In this document: positions 20,065-29,928 of the stretch, in pieces
Position numbering within the stretch: position 1 is the stretch's first letter
Layout: each line of letters begins with the position of its first letter
Assembly: GCA_044221725.1 (NCBI GenBank)
Contig: JBGAON010000003.1
Location: 512,001-576,000 of the forward strand
DNA length: 64,000 nt
Direction of reading: 5' to 3'
Source of the DNA: Elusimicrobiota bacterium
Lineage (GTDB): Bacteria > Elusimicrobiota > Elusimicrobia > F11
Notes under the pieces: generated by a model
What the model was told of the DNA's origin: nothing
Seen by the model: the letters and a program-made list of their open reading frames with translations, nothing else
The model's database searches: none
Program-made: the position numbers and the translations under genes

Positions 20065-21579
20065 TTATTTCGGACGAGTCCCCAAGCGCATAAAGAGAGG
20101 ATCGCCCTTTTCGACGCGCTGTTCGTTCGCTCGAAATTTCGGCAGTTCCCCTTTCGCAAACGACGTGAGGAGCGATTTTCCCTCTTCCGTGATGGAACCC
20201 GTTTCGCCGAGACGCTTCCACATTTCTTCAGTTTTCGTTGGCATGAAAGGGTGTAGAAAAACGGCGAGTGTTTTTAATACGCACAGGCACTCGCACAAGA
20301 TGTTGCCGAGTTTTTCTTTTTGTTCGACGCTCAACTTCCACGGCGCTTGTTCATCGATGTACTTGTTCGTTCGCATCATGACACCGAACAGCGTTTCGAG
20401 CACGGTACCGAAGTCCAGCGCGTTGTAGCTCGCGGTAATCGATTGGGTGAGAGCGGCCATATCCGAAAGGATTTCGCTTTTGGAAAGCGACACCGGAATA
20501 TGTCCGTCAAAGTTTTTCGTAAGCAACGTTGTGGTTCGTTGGAAAAGATTTCCGAGATTGTTAGCCAATTCCGCGTTGTAGCGATTCAGTAGGGACTTTT
20601 CCGAGAAATCACCATCCGCGCCGAACGGCACTTCACGCAACAAAAAGTATCGAAACGCGTCGACGCCATAAATCTCCGACATCTGAACAGGGTTTACCAC
20701 GTTCCCCAGTGATTTTGACATCTTCGTTCCGTCCACGGTCCACCAACCGTGCGCGAAAACCTTTTTGGGCAGCGGCTTGCCGAGCGCGAGCAACATCGCT
20801 GGCCAAATGACGGTGTGAAACCGGAAAATTTCCTTGCCCACAAAATGAATGTCCGCGGGCCAGGCTTCCTGCGGCGGCGCAGAAATATAATTGAGCAAAG
20901 CGTCGAACCAGACGTAAACGGTGTGTGAAGGGTCGGAGGTGATGGGCACGCCCCAGCTAACGCGCGTGCGTGATACGGAAAGATCTTTGAGGCCGCCCTT
21001 CACGAAGTTGATAATTTCGTTTGCGCGATGTTTCGGTGAAAGGAAGCCCGGGTTTTTTTGATAGTGATCGAGCAATGCGGATTCGTACTTCGAAAGATGG
21101 AAGAAGTAACTTTCTTCTTTTAGTTTCTGAACGTCGCGCCCGCAGCTCGGACATTTTTTATCGACGAGTTCGGATTCGGTGAAATAGGTCTCATCATGAA
21201 CGCAATACCAGCCTTCGTAAGTCCCTTTCGTGATATCGCCGGTGGTTTTCAGCTTTTCAAACACCTGTTGCACGACCGTTTTGTGGCGCGTGTCGGATGT
21301 TTGAATAAAGTCATCGTAGGAGATATTGAGCGTTTTCCAAACGGATCGATATTCGTTCGCAATGCGGTTCACAAACTGCTGCGGTGTCTCGCCGGCCTTC
21401 TCGGCGGCGGTCGCGATCTTTGCACCGTGTTCATCGGTCCCGGTTAGGAAAAAAACTTTTTCTCCGGACAACCGTTTCCAGCGCGCCAAAACATCGGCCG
21501 CAATCGTCGTATAAGCGTGGCCGATGTGGGGCACGTCGTTCACATAATAGAGTGGCGTTGTTAAATAAAACGGTTTCAT
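20065..21579 (-). CDS. metG: Methionine--tRNA ligase (short form, no C-terminal tRNA-binding domain)
   Basis: YYVNDVPHIGH, TGTDEHG, YVWFDAL, KMSKS. Confidence 0.97.
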   Translation of the reverse strand: MKPFYLTTPLYYVNDVPHIGHAYTTIAADVLARWKRLSGEKVFFLTGTDEHGAKIATAAEKAGETPQQFVNRIANEYRSVWKTLNISYDDFIQTSDTRHKTVVQQVFEKLKTTGDITKGTYEGWYCVHDETYFTESELVDKKCPSCGRDVQKLKEESYFFHLSKYESALLDHYQKNPGFLSPKHRANEIINFVKGGLKDLSVSRTRVSWGVPITSDPSHTVYVWFDALLNYISAPPQEAWPADIHFVGKEIFRFHTVIWPAMLLALGKPLPKKVFAHGWWTVDGTKMSKSLGNVVNPVQMSEIYGVDAFRYFLLREVPFGADGDFSEKSLLNRYNAELANNLGNLFQRTTTLLTKNFDGHIPVSLSKSEILSDMAALTQSITASYNALDFGTVLETLFGVMMRTNKYIDEQAPWKLSVEQKEKLGNILCECLCVLKTLAVFLHPFMPTKTEEMWKRLGETGSITEEGKSLLTSFAKGELPKFRANEQRVEKGDPLFMRLGTRPK

Positions 21580-22508
21580 TTTTCCCCTTCAATTTTTAAA
21601 TAAAGATTTTGCAAAACGAGTTTCGGTGGCACGTGTCGATCAATCTGTTGCCGTGCGGCCAGCATGGCTTCCAATCTTTTTGTTTGCGACACGTCGCCGG
21701 ATGACAGCTTTTTTTGTGCTGCTTCAATCAAATGAATCACGGCCAGTTCCGCGTTTTTGCGGCCCTCTTTTCTCCAGTTGGTTGTCGCTAGCATCTCAAA
21801 AAATTCGTCCAGCGTATAATCCGAAAGATCCGCGAATTTTTCCGAATCATCGTTTTTTATTTGGACCGCTTTCTGGAACGATCCGGCCGAGCGTTCCGCA
21901 AAATCAAACGCGTTGGATTCGGATACCGCGTGCTCATTTTCGAGCCACTCAGCGAGAACTTTCACCGGAAGCGGGCGAAAACGAAGCACCGCGCAGCGCG
22001 ACAGCACGGTGGCCGGCAGAGCGTGCTCATCGTTGGCAATCAAAACAATTTGAGCATGATGCGGCGGTTCTTCCAGAAGCTTGAGAAGTGCATTCGCCGA
22101 CTCGTTCGTGAGACGGTGAGCTTCATCAATGATCACGATACGTCGATGACTCTCAAACGGTTTCAGATTTAAAAATCTATCAATGTGCCGAACCGTTTCG
22201 ATTTTTATCGCTGTCTGAGCTTCCGGCTTTTCCCGAATTAACAATGCTTGCGCGATCCGGTCAACGAACAAAACATCGGCATGATTGTTTTCGGCCACTT
22301 TCTTGCAGGCGGCACAACCGTCGCACCGACGAAGGCCGGCGTCATCCACGCGAGGATTTAAGCACGTGAAACATTTGGCCAATTCCAACGCGCAGCTGCG
22401 TTTCCCGATTCCGTCGATGCCGACGAAAAGCAGGCTGGGGCTCAAGCGGTCGCGCTTAATGCCTTCCGTTAAGTAATGAAGGACGTGCGGCTGCCCCAAT
22501 ATTTCCAC
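21576..22508 (-). CDS. holB: DNA polymerase III subunit delta'
   Basis: GIDGIGK, Zn-binding cysteines, IIDEAHRL, ANALLKLLEEPP, TVLSRC; lies between tmk and metG. Confidence 0.9.
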   Translation of the reverse strand: MEILGQPHVLHYLTEGIKRDRLSPSLLFVGIDGIGKRSCALELAKCFTCLNPRVDDAGLRRCDGCAACKKVAENNHADVLFVDRIAQALLIREKPEAQTAIKIETVRHIDRFLNLKPFESHRRIVIIDEAHRLTNESANALLKLLEEPPHHAQIVLIANDEHALPATVLSRCAVLRFRPLPVKVLAEWLENEHAVSESNAFDFAERSAGSFQKAVQIKNDDSEKFADLSDYTLDEFFEMLATTNWRKEGRKNAELAVIHLIEAAQKKLSSGDVSQTKRLEAMLAARQQIDRHVPPKLVLQNLYLKIEGEK

Positions 22509-23127
22509 GTAGACTCCTTGAAATAATTTCTCGTATGCGCCGCTGCGTTTGTTCTATTGATTCTTGCACGGCCACAACCTTCACGCGGCGAGGCTCTTTT
22601 TTTGCGACGGCCAAATACCCGAGCCGAACTTTTTTCTGAAATTCGACGCCTTCGTTTTCGAGCCGATCGGTGAACGATTTTACTTTCTTCGCCCGGGCCA
22701 ATCCGCGGGCCGGCGGAAGGTCAAGAAGAATGGTTAGCTGCGGTGTTAGGCCATTTGTTGCAATTTTGTTGAGCAGCGTTGCTTTTTGACCCAAGCCGCG
22801 TGCGTAACCTTGATAAGCTTCGGTCGCGTCGGTGAAGCGATCGCATAACACGACCTTTTTTTGCTCGAGAGCGGGTTCGATTATCTTTTTAATATGCTCG
22901 ACGCGCGCGGCTTGATACAGCATCAATTCCGTGACGTTTTCCATTTGAATGTTCGGATCCAGTAGCAACGCACGGATGCGCTCCGAAACGGCTCCGCCGC
23001 CTGGTTCCCGGGTGGTAATTACATCGTAACCGGCATTCGATAACCATTCGGCGGTGAGTTTAAGCTGCGTCGATTTTCCGACCCCGTCGGTCCCTTCGAA
23101 CGTAATAAAAAATCCCTTTTTGATCAT
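22456..23127 (-). CDS. tmk: Thymidylate kinase
   Basis: FITFEGTDGVGKSTQ, TREPGG, LCDRF, AYQGYARG. Confidence 0.97.
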   Translation of the reverse strand: MIKKGFFITFEGTDGVGKSTQLKLTAEWLSNAGYDVITTREPGGGAVSERIRALLLDPNIQMENVTELMLYQAARVEHIKKIIEPALEQKKVVLCDRFTDATEAYQGYARGLGQKATLLNKIATNGLTPQLTILLDLPPARGLARAKKVKSFTDRLENEGVEFQKKVRLGYLAVAKKEPRRVKVVAVQESIEQTQRRIREIISRSLRGNIGAAARPSLLNGRH

Positions 23128-23177
23128 AGACGAATGGTATCAAAAAGGTGCAATCAGGCCGGTTCAAGAGAAACAAG

Positions 23178-24461
23178 CTACCAGGTGGTACGAATTTCGT
23201 CCCAAGAAGCACGGCTAATTGTGGCGCTTTGGTACAAAATGTTGTTCCCGACGGCGCTGTCGTAATAGACAGTGGTCGTATTAACGGTGAGAGAACCGTT
23301 TACAAACAAGGCGCCCACTATAATGGAGTTTCCTCCCGCGTTTTGGAGATCGCCTCCCGTGTAAAGAAATCCGTGCATTCCACAATTGGCGATCGAATAT
23401 GTTCCGCCGTTCGTCCAACCTTTTGAAGTCCAGTATGTGGTTCCCGCCGTACTGTATTGGTATTCGTTTTGCGCCGTTGCGGGAACCGTGGCAACGAACG
23501 TTGTGTTCTTGGCGTTGAAATCCACATCTCCGACAGCCACGAGCGCCCGGACATTGAGCCATGAATTGTTTGGGAAAGAGGTAACCGCTCCTTCGGTGAA
23601 GATGACACAGGTTGCGCAGGTCAGCGTGTAATTCCCGCCGCCCGACGCCACGTCAATTTTAACGTTAACCGCCCCAGAAGAAGGATTCGTGCGGTAATAA
23701 CCCGAGTCGCATCCATTGGGACCAAGTGCGTGTTCAGCGGCGCCACTTCCCGAGCCTTTGCGTAGCGGCGGGACACAACTGTTCAATGCAAGAGCTCGAT
23801 AGGAATTCAAGTCGATTGTGGGAGCCGTTCCCAGGTTGTAATACGATGCATAATCGTAGGTGCTCCAGTTATCGCCGGGCATCGCTCCGTTCGGAGATGT
23901 TGGATCGGTATCGTATCCGCTTATTCCACCAGCCGAATATTTTCTTGGATAACGATTGGCGGGCGTGCTTGTAATTGAATTGTAAGCAACCACCGGTCCC
24001 CACTCAACATTCAAGTTCGGTTTCCAGTTAAGGCCTCCGACGACGGACAACGCCCCTGCTACCGTGCCTTTCGAATAGATTCCTCGGATCGCGCGCACAT
24101 CCGTGGTGTTGGTGGTAAGTCCTTTCGATGTTACCGTCACTTGTCCGGACAACGGGCCCGCCGTGAACAGAATTTTGTATTGGCCGCCGTCGACATCGGT
24201 GTAAGTGACGTCGTTGTTGTAACCACTGATGGCGGTGCCGGCAATAGCCTGAGACCAAATTGTGTCCGATTCCCGAAGTTTCCAGGCACCGCGGTCTTGT
24301 CCAGCTTCGGCCAGTTGGAACGCTGTTGTTTTTTTTGCGTTCCCCTGCGCATCTTTCGAATCTTTTTGCATCAGTTTGATTAGCGTGGGAACCAAAATCG
24401 CGAGCAACGTTAAAGCGAGGACAATTGTGGCAAGCGCAAAACCATTCCGCTTTTTCATCAT
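23178..24461 (-). CDS. PilX-like minor pilin with an extended C-terminal domain
   Basis: KKRNG|FALATIVLALTLL...AFQLAEAG is typical of a PilX N-terminus, which lacks Glu5. Confidence 0.75.
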   Translation of the reverse strand: MMKKRNGFALATIVLALTLLAILVPTLIKLMQKDSKDAQGNAKKTTAFQLAEAGQDRGAWKLRESDTIWSQAIAGTAISGYNNDVTYTDVDGGQYKILFTAGPLSGQVTVTSKGLTTNTTDVRAIRGIYSKGTVAGALSVVGGLNWKPNLNVEWGPVVAYNSITSTPANRYPRKYSAGGISGYDTDPTSPNGAMPGDNWSTYDYASYYNLGTAPTIDLNSYRALALNSCVPPLRKGSGSGAAEHALGPNGCDSGYYRTNPSSGAVNVKIDVASGGGNYTLTCATCVIFTEGAVTSFPNNSWLNVRALVAVGDVDFNAKNTTFVATVPATAQNEYQYSTAGTTYWTSKGWTNGGTYSIANCGMHGFLYTGGDLQNAGGNSIIVGALFVNGSLTVNTTTVYYDSAVGNNILYQSATISRASWDEIRTTW

Positions 24462-24958
24462 TAGTTCATGATCCTCACTTTTTCTATGGCCATTTGCAGA
24501 GTTTTTGTTCCACCCTGGTAGGTCGAACCTTCGTACGTGACGGATACCGAAAGAATGGACGCGTCATCGGTACGAGGGTAATTGAATGCAATAAACGAGA
24601 GCCCCGACGCCACGGCTTTCGTGCTGCCGCCTACCACATAATAAAGCGATTTGTTCGATTGAAAGTACTTGATGTTGCGGCCATCGACGGTTGAGAACGA
24701 AATGCTTGATGTTGGGGGTTGCCCAGATTCTTGCGAGATGTTAATGGAAGACGCATACGCCTGGCGCAAACTCTGATTGATTTGCGAAAGAGAATCGCGC
24801 GCAGCTCGTTGTGTTTCGATTCGAGCGTTGTTCACTCTAAAGAAGCGCGTAATGTTAATCAACAAATTCGGAACGACCATGCCAAGAATGCCAATGATGG
24901 CCACCGCAATCATCAGTTCGACCAACGTGACACCTTTTTGTTGAGATCGTGTTACCAT
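24461..24958 (-). CDS. PilW-like minor pilin (prepilin N-terminal methylation motif)
   Basis: ATG 24958 gives MVTRSQQKG|VTLVELMIAVAIIGIL. Confidence 0.85.
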   Translation of the reverse strand: MVTRSQQKGVTLVELMIAVAIIGILGMVVPNLLINITRFFRVNNARIETQRAARDSLSQINQSLRQAYASSINISQESGQPPTSSISFSTVDGRNIKYFQSNKSLYYVVGGSTKAVASGLSFIAFNYPRTDDASILSVSVTYEGSTYQGGTKTLQMAIEKVRIMN

Positions 24959-26873
24959 GTGAGTGCCACCGTCGCGGAGCCGCCGGCTGCGATGGTCGCG
25001 GAACTGCTCACCTTTGTTGTTGTCGGGGTGTTCCCCGCGTATGTCGTGTACCATGCGTACAAATTGTAAGTGCCGGCTCGTACGGAAACGCGGTAATTCC
25101 CATCGCCATCGCTTGAATCCGAATAATAAATGACAGATCCGGAGCGAAGCGATGAGTCAAACGCAGGTGGATTGGAATCGATTGTGGTAGGACTTGCGAC
25201 CGCCACAATGAGCACGCCTGTTGTAATTGGAACGGTTCCTTTTTTTACGGTTCCGGAAATCGTTCCAAAGGCATTTGATACCGTAATAGTCCCAGCGAAC
25301 ACCGTCGAGTTTGCAACGACAGTTTTCGTGAAGCTCAGTGGGCTCGGCGTTTCTCCGGTTTCAAGCTGCGGTGATAGAACATACGAACCAACTGGCAAAT
25401 CCGAGAAATTGAAATAGCCCTGGGAATCGGTGATCGCGGTGCCGAATTGTTCGCCGTTGATCGTGGATGTCGCGATGATCGGCACGCCGGGGAGCGCGTC
25501 CGTACCATTGGTTGTGACCCAGCCCCTAATTTTTCCCCCTTGGTAGAGAACAATATCTGGTACGTCGGTGGCAATGCCTGCGTTTACGACCACCCCCGAA
25601 GCACTTTCCATCGTGTACTGAGAGATCGCATTCGCTGAGTTGGCGACAATCGTGTAGGTTCCGATGGCGAGGGACATTCGATAATAACCGTTTGTGTCTG
25701 TCGTATCATTTCCACCCGAGGTTGTGATCGGTATGAGATTGATGGGGACGTTGCCGCTTGTGACAACTCTTCCGCTCGCGTATCCAAAAGTGGTTGACGA
25801 AATTATAAGTATGTTTCCGAGTGAAGTGGTGGCGGCATTGGTAACGCTGATTGCACTTTCTCTCGAATAGGACCATCCATTGGTTGAAATCAAAATCGAC
25901 CAGGTTCCGGTTGCCACGGACGGCACGGCAAATCCGCCGGTCGATGTCGCCACGCGGGAAGAAGACAATCCATCATCCATAAAAACAAGCGCACCGGCCG
26001 CTGGAGTTCCGCTTTGCGGAAGCTCCGAAATCGATGTGTTTTGTGGCGTGGCATTTAACGCGTTGTTGTGAAAAACCCAGTCCGAGGAATTGTCGTTGGA
26101 ATCGTAACCATTGCCTTTTGTGATGTCAGCGCCGCCTGGCAGCGACATTGTGGTTTCCGTTGATCCCGGAAGAGCTTTGCGCTCCACAGTTTGGTTCGTG
26201 TCCAACCCATCAATTCCAGCGCCAAGATTTAGTCCATTTCCTTCAACAATCGTAGCGGGTCCATAGGGAGCACTTCCGTTTCTACCCCACCCGATCGCAT
26301 CGACCTTGGTGCTCGCCGTTTCATAAACACCGTTCGACACAATTTCGATTCCACCGGATTCGGATTGAGGAATCCGATTTGTGGGTGAGTTGTAATACGC
26401 ATCCGCGGACACACCATTGATCGTTGGATAGCTGGCTAACATGTAGTACTTGTGCGGATACAAGGTGTTGTTCACAAAAGATGTTTGCGTCGTGTTATTG
26501 AGTTGCGTGACCGCGTTGTTTGACGCTTTCACGTAACTAATGTCGTAAGCCCCCAGCATCGTGAAAGTGGATTCGGTCGGATTGTAGATATCCACGTATT
26601 CTTTCGTATCGTCGCCACCCACGGAAGCGCATACATGCGCAAGCACAAGATGATTGAGAACATAAGCGGTCCCCGAAACGGTTCCAGATCCCATCGCCAC
26701 GAGAGGAAAGTTAACCGTCTGCGTCGCGCCCGAAGCAACGGTGGAAGTTTGCACACCGGAAAAATATCCTGGTTTCGTCGCGCGCAGTTGGTACACACCG
26801 GACGTCACACTGATGCTGTAGTTTCCGGCGGAATTTGTGTTCGCTCGCCACAGTGGATTTTGCAACGTTACCA

Positions 26874-28291
26874 GGCCCCGTCCCGCCTGATGTAGAAAAA
26901 TAAAAAAGCGTATGCTCCGTGATGGGTAAATCACTGCCTGTGAAGGCAAAAGGAGACATACGCTTATGAAGGATTGTAACCGATGCACGGCGGAGAAGAA
27001 AGCGGGATTGTTGGCCGGGAAAGACGCGTTGGAGGAAGCCATCCAACGAGACGTTCGAGAAAAGATTGAGCGCGTGCTTCAAGAGGAAGTCGATGCTTGT
27101 TTGGGTGCCGGGGCCTACGAACGGGTGACAGCACGAATGGGCTACCGCCACGGGACGAAGGAGCGCGACATCAGCACGTCGGCGGGGCGGTACAAGTTGA
27201 ACGTGCCGCGAGCGCGTTTATTCGACGAGAACGGCGGCGAGGAGGAGTGGCATTCGCACATTCTTCCGCGCTACGCCAAGCGGTCGAAATCGATTGACCG
27301 CGCTCTGATCGGAATGTATCTGGGCGGTGTGAACACGCGGCGAGTCAAAGCGGTGCTCAGGCCGCTGTTGCGTGGGACGCCGTTATCGAAGAGCGCGATC
27401 AGCCGTTTGGTGAGCCGGTTAACGTCGGCGTTCAAGGAATGGCAGAAGCGACCGTTGGCAGCGTGGAAATTCCAGTACGCGTATCTGGACGCGATCTACG
27501 TGAAGAGCCGGTTTAATGGGCGGGTAAGTTCGGTGCCGATCCTAGCCGTGATTGGTGTGAGCGCTCGAGGTGAGAAAGTGTTGCTCTCGTTGTCGGCCAA
27601 AGGATCGGAAAGTTCGGAAGCGTGGCAAGGCGTGCTGGACGATCTGGCGATGCGGGGACTGAAGAAACCAAAGCTGGTCATTATCGACGGTGGTCAAGGA
27701 TTGAGAACCGCCGTCGAGCATGTTTGGCGGTCGGCGGACGTGCAACGATGCGCGGTGCACAAACTGCGCAATCTGCTCAGCCACGCGCCGAAGCAGGCGC
27801 ACGACGAGATTCGCGACGACTTTCACGCGATCGTTTACGCGGAAGACTTCGATAAAGCAGGAACCGCGTACGACACGATGGTGAAGAAGTGGCGCAAGCA
27901 GGGGGCGGCGGTGGCGGAAAGCCTGGAAGAAGCAGGAAAGGAGTTGTTGACGTTCTTCCGCTACCCGCAAAGCCAATGGAAGGCGCTCCGGACAACCAAC
28001 ACCATCGAGCGGCTGAATCTGGAATTCCGTCGTCGGGTCAAGACGCAGGCTTCATTTCCGACGCAGGAGGCCGCCTTGATCTTGATGTTTGGGTTGGTGG
28101 CTGGTGGGATCGTGAAAATGCGCCGTATCGACGGAGCTGAAGACATGTTTCAATCGGCTTCTCCGATGCGGCCAAATCCGGAGGCCATGGTGGTTGAAAA
28201 AAAAGAAATGTTAATGGCGGCTTGATCGACTAAAATGCAGCAACCCATCCGTCGAGTATTACGCTATTTCTACACAGGCAGGGACGCGGCC
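26874..28291 (+). mobile_element. IS256-family insertion sequence, 1418 bp, 8-bp target-site duplication CGTTACCA
   Basis: TSD copies at 26866-26873 and 28292-28299. Imperfect terminal IRs GGCCCCGTCCC-GCCTGATGTAGAAA and GGCCGCGTCCCTGCCTG-TGTAGAAA. Confidence 0.95.
26966..28225 (+). CDS. IS256-family (mutator) DDE transposase
   Basis: YLDAIY, IIDG, QRCAVHKLRN, RTTNTIERLNLEFRRR; AAGGAG SD. Confidence 0.96.
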   Translation: MKDCNRCTAEKKAGLLAGKDALEEAIQRDVREKIERVLQEEVDACLGAGAYERVTARMGYRHGTKERDISTSAGRYKLNVPRARLFDENGGEEEWHSHILPRYAKRSKSIDRALIGMYLGGVNTRRVKAVLRPLLRGTPLSKSAISRLVSRLTSAFKEWQKRPLAAWKFQYAYLDAIYVKSRFNGRVSSVPILAVIGVSARGEKVLLSLSAKGSESSEAWQGVLDDLAMRGLKKPKLVIIDGGQGLRTAVEHVWRSADVQRCAVHKLRNLLSHAPKQAHDEIRDDFHAIVYAEDFDKAGTAYDTMVKKWRKQGAAVAESLEEAGKELLTFFRYPQSQWKALRTTNTIERLNLEFRRRVKTQASFPTQEAALILMFGLVAGGIVKMRRIDGAEDMFQSASPMRPNPEAMVVEKKEMLMAA

Positions 28292-28916
28292 CGTTACCAC
28301 CGTAACATTTTGAATCGGCGTGCCGCCGCCGGACAGCGTTGCACTGCCACTGAACGTCGAGTCGATTTTTAGTCTGTTCGGATTGTCTCTGAGATTCGTA
28401 ACGGACACTTTTTTCCACGCCGTGCCTTCTTGCCAAATCACGTATGAGGTGATGAGTTTCAGTCCGGTGTCCGCGTCCCACCAATCGTTTGTGCTGAGCG
28501 TGCCGGTGCTCTCGGTAACTTTCTGAACGAGCACGCGGCGCTTAAAACGGATTTGGCCGACGGTCAATGTCTCTTCGGTGTAATAGCCGGAGTCGTAACT
28601 AAAACTTCCCAAACCCGTTTCGCTTGCGGTAACGGCGGCCGTTGTGGCCAGCAGTCGGTAATAAGAAAGGTTTTTCAGCGTTTCGATTTTCTCTTGGGCG
28701 AGGTTTACCGCGAGCGTACGCGTTTTCGAAACTTTCACCGCCTTGGTAACACTGCCCATGACCCCAACGAATGAGAGAACACCGATCGTGAGAATCACCA
28801 TGCCGATCACAATTTCCAAAAGTGTCAAACCGGCAGCGCATTTAAATTTCGGGCCCATCATTAATAGAAGCATGGCCGATGATTCATCCGAGATCCATGG
28901 GAAATGAAAGAATCCC

Positions 28917-28932
28917 TGTGACTTTTATCTCA
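28917..28932. promoter_or_regulatory. CRP/FNR-family-like site in the divergent pilin/HAMP intergenic region
   Basis: TGTGA-ctttta-TCTCA matches TGTGA-N6-TCACA at 9 of 10 positions. Confidence 0.4.
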
Positions 28933-28977
28933 AAATAATTAAAAAACATTGCAAAAGATTAGAAATCGATAAAGCTT

Positions 28978-29598
28978 TTGATGGAGAATCTGGGGGTGAA
29001 TATGGCAGAAGAATCAGCCGGAAATCGTAGCGTTAGCCGAATACTGGGCCAGTACATCGTCAAGTATGGCTTCCAATTTAAATTTAGTCTGATTTTCCTT
29101 GGAATTATTGGCGCGGCTTGTTTTCTCATTTGGATGGAAGGTTCCATGGCCATTGAACGAATGCTGGCCTCGGGCGCGGTAACCAACGAAGATGTCATTG
29201 CCCAATTGCGGCTCATCAGCACGATCATGGGAAAGACATCCCTGCTCGTCGGCGCGGTCGCGTTTGGCTTGGCGCTCATTCTCTCGCATTACATTGCGGG
29301 ACCCGTCTATCGGTTTGAAAAAACGTTTGAAGAAATGCGCAATGGAAACTTAGGAATGTACGTGCGTCTGCGCAAAAAAGACGCGTTTCACGAAACGGCG
29401 GATTTGTTTAATCAAGCATTAACAAGTCTGAGAAACAAACTGCAGAAAGAACGTGAAACGAATGTGGCGGCGCTCCATCAGAGCGCGCAAATTCTCGCGG
29501 ACAGCGGCCAAGCGAAAGAATCCGAAATCATTCGAAAATTGGCTGATGAAATGCAGAAAAACCCGGTCTTCATAAAGCTTTCCCCTCCTCAAAAATAA
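28978..29598 (+). CDS. Two-TM HAMP-domain membrane protein without a recognisable output domain
   Basis: Two hydrophobic segments, then SHYIAGPVYRFEKTFEEMRNGNL...LRKKDAFHETADLFN. Confidence 0.75.
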   Translation: MMENLGVNMAEESAGNRSVSRILGQYIVKYGFQFKFSLIFLGIIGAACFLIWMEGSMAIERMLASGAVTNEDVIAQLRLISTIMGKTSLLVGAVAFGLALILSHYIAGPVYRFEKTFEEMRNGNLGMYVRLRKKDAFHETADLFNQALTSLRNKLQKERETNVAALHQSAQILADSGQAKESEIIRKLADEMQKNPVFIKLSPPQK

Positions 29599-29634
29599 AA
29601 AACCCTCAACCGCCGAAGCGATCGAGGGTTTTTT
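29597..29634. terminator. Bidirectional intrinsic terminator between convergent genes
   Basis: AAAAAACCCTC-aac-CGC-cgaa-GCG-atc-GAGGGTTTTTT. Confidence 0.8.
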
Positions 29635-29654
29635 AAAACGTCAATTCGTGAAAT

Positions 29655-29876
29655 TTATCGGCGGACCATTTTGGCGCGTGAAACGTCGCCTTGTTTGTCC
29701 AAGAAATACAAAAATCCTTTCTCTTTTTTCAGCCCCAACTTTGTTACTTTCTGTGGCTTGCCACCTTTCTTTCCGCCTCGTGCCATTTTCGCGCGAGAGA
29801 TGTCGCCTTGCTTATCGATGAAATACAGGAAACCGTCTTCCCGTTTTACGCCGGCTTTCGCCACTTTTTGAGCCAT
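29655..29876 (-). CDS. Small basic protein made of two ~33-aa repeats, function unknown
   Basis: QKVAKAGVKREDGFLYFIDKQGDISRAKMAR and QKVTKLGLKKEKGFLYFLDKQGDVSRAKMVR; perfect AAGGAGGT SD; own promoter and terminator. Confidence 0.85.
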   Translation of the reverse strand: MAQKVAKAGVKREDGFLYFIDKQGDISRAKMARGGKKGGKPQKVTKLGLKKEKGFLYFLDKQGDVSRAKMVRR

Positions 29877-29928
29877 GAGTTAGGACCTCCTTGGATTTTT
29901 GCGTCGATACAAATTGTTTTGCGACGGT

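Larger units (their letters stand above)
24952..28873 (-). pseudogene. ~830-aa prepilin/adhesin fusion (pilin N-terminus, carboxypeptidase-regulatory-like domains, lamin-tail-like domain) interrupted by an IS256-family element
   Basis: The 5' part reads AAG|LTLLEIVIG...TPIQNVTVVT and the 3' part LQNPLWRANTNSAGNY.... Removing the IS plus one TSD copy (1426 bp) leaves 2496 bp, i.e. 831 codons plus stop, in frame. Confidence 0.92.

Noticed and set aside
28259..28873. Independent 204-aa pilin gene plus a separate 696-aa gene
   Set aside because: The TSD and frame arithmetic show they are two halves of one IS-interrupted gene.
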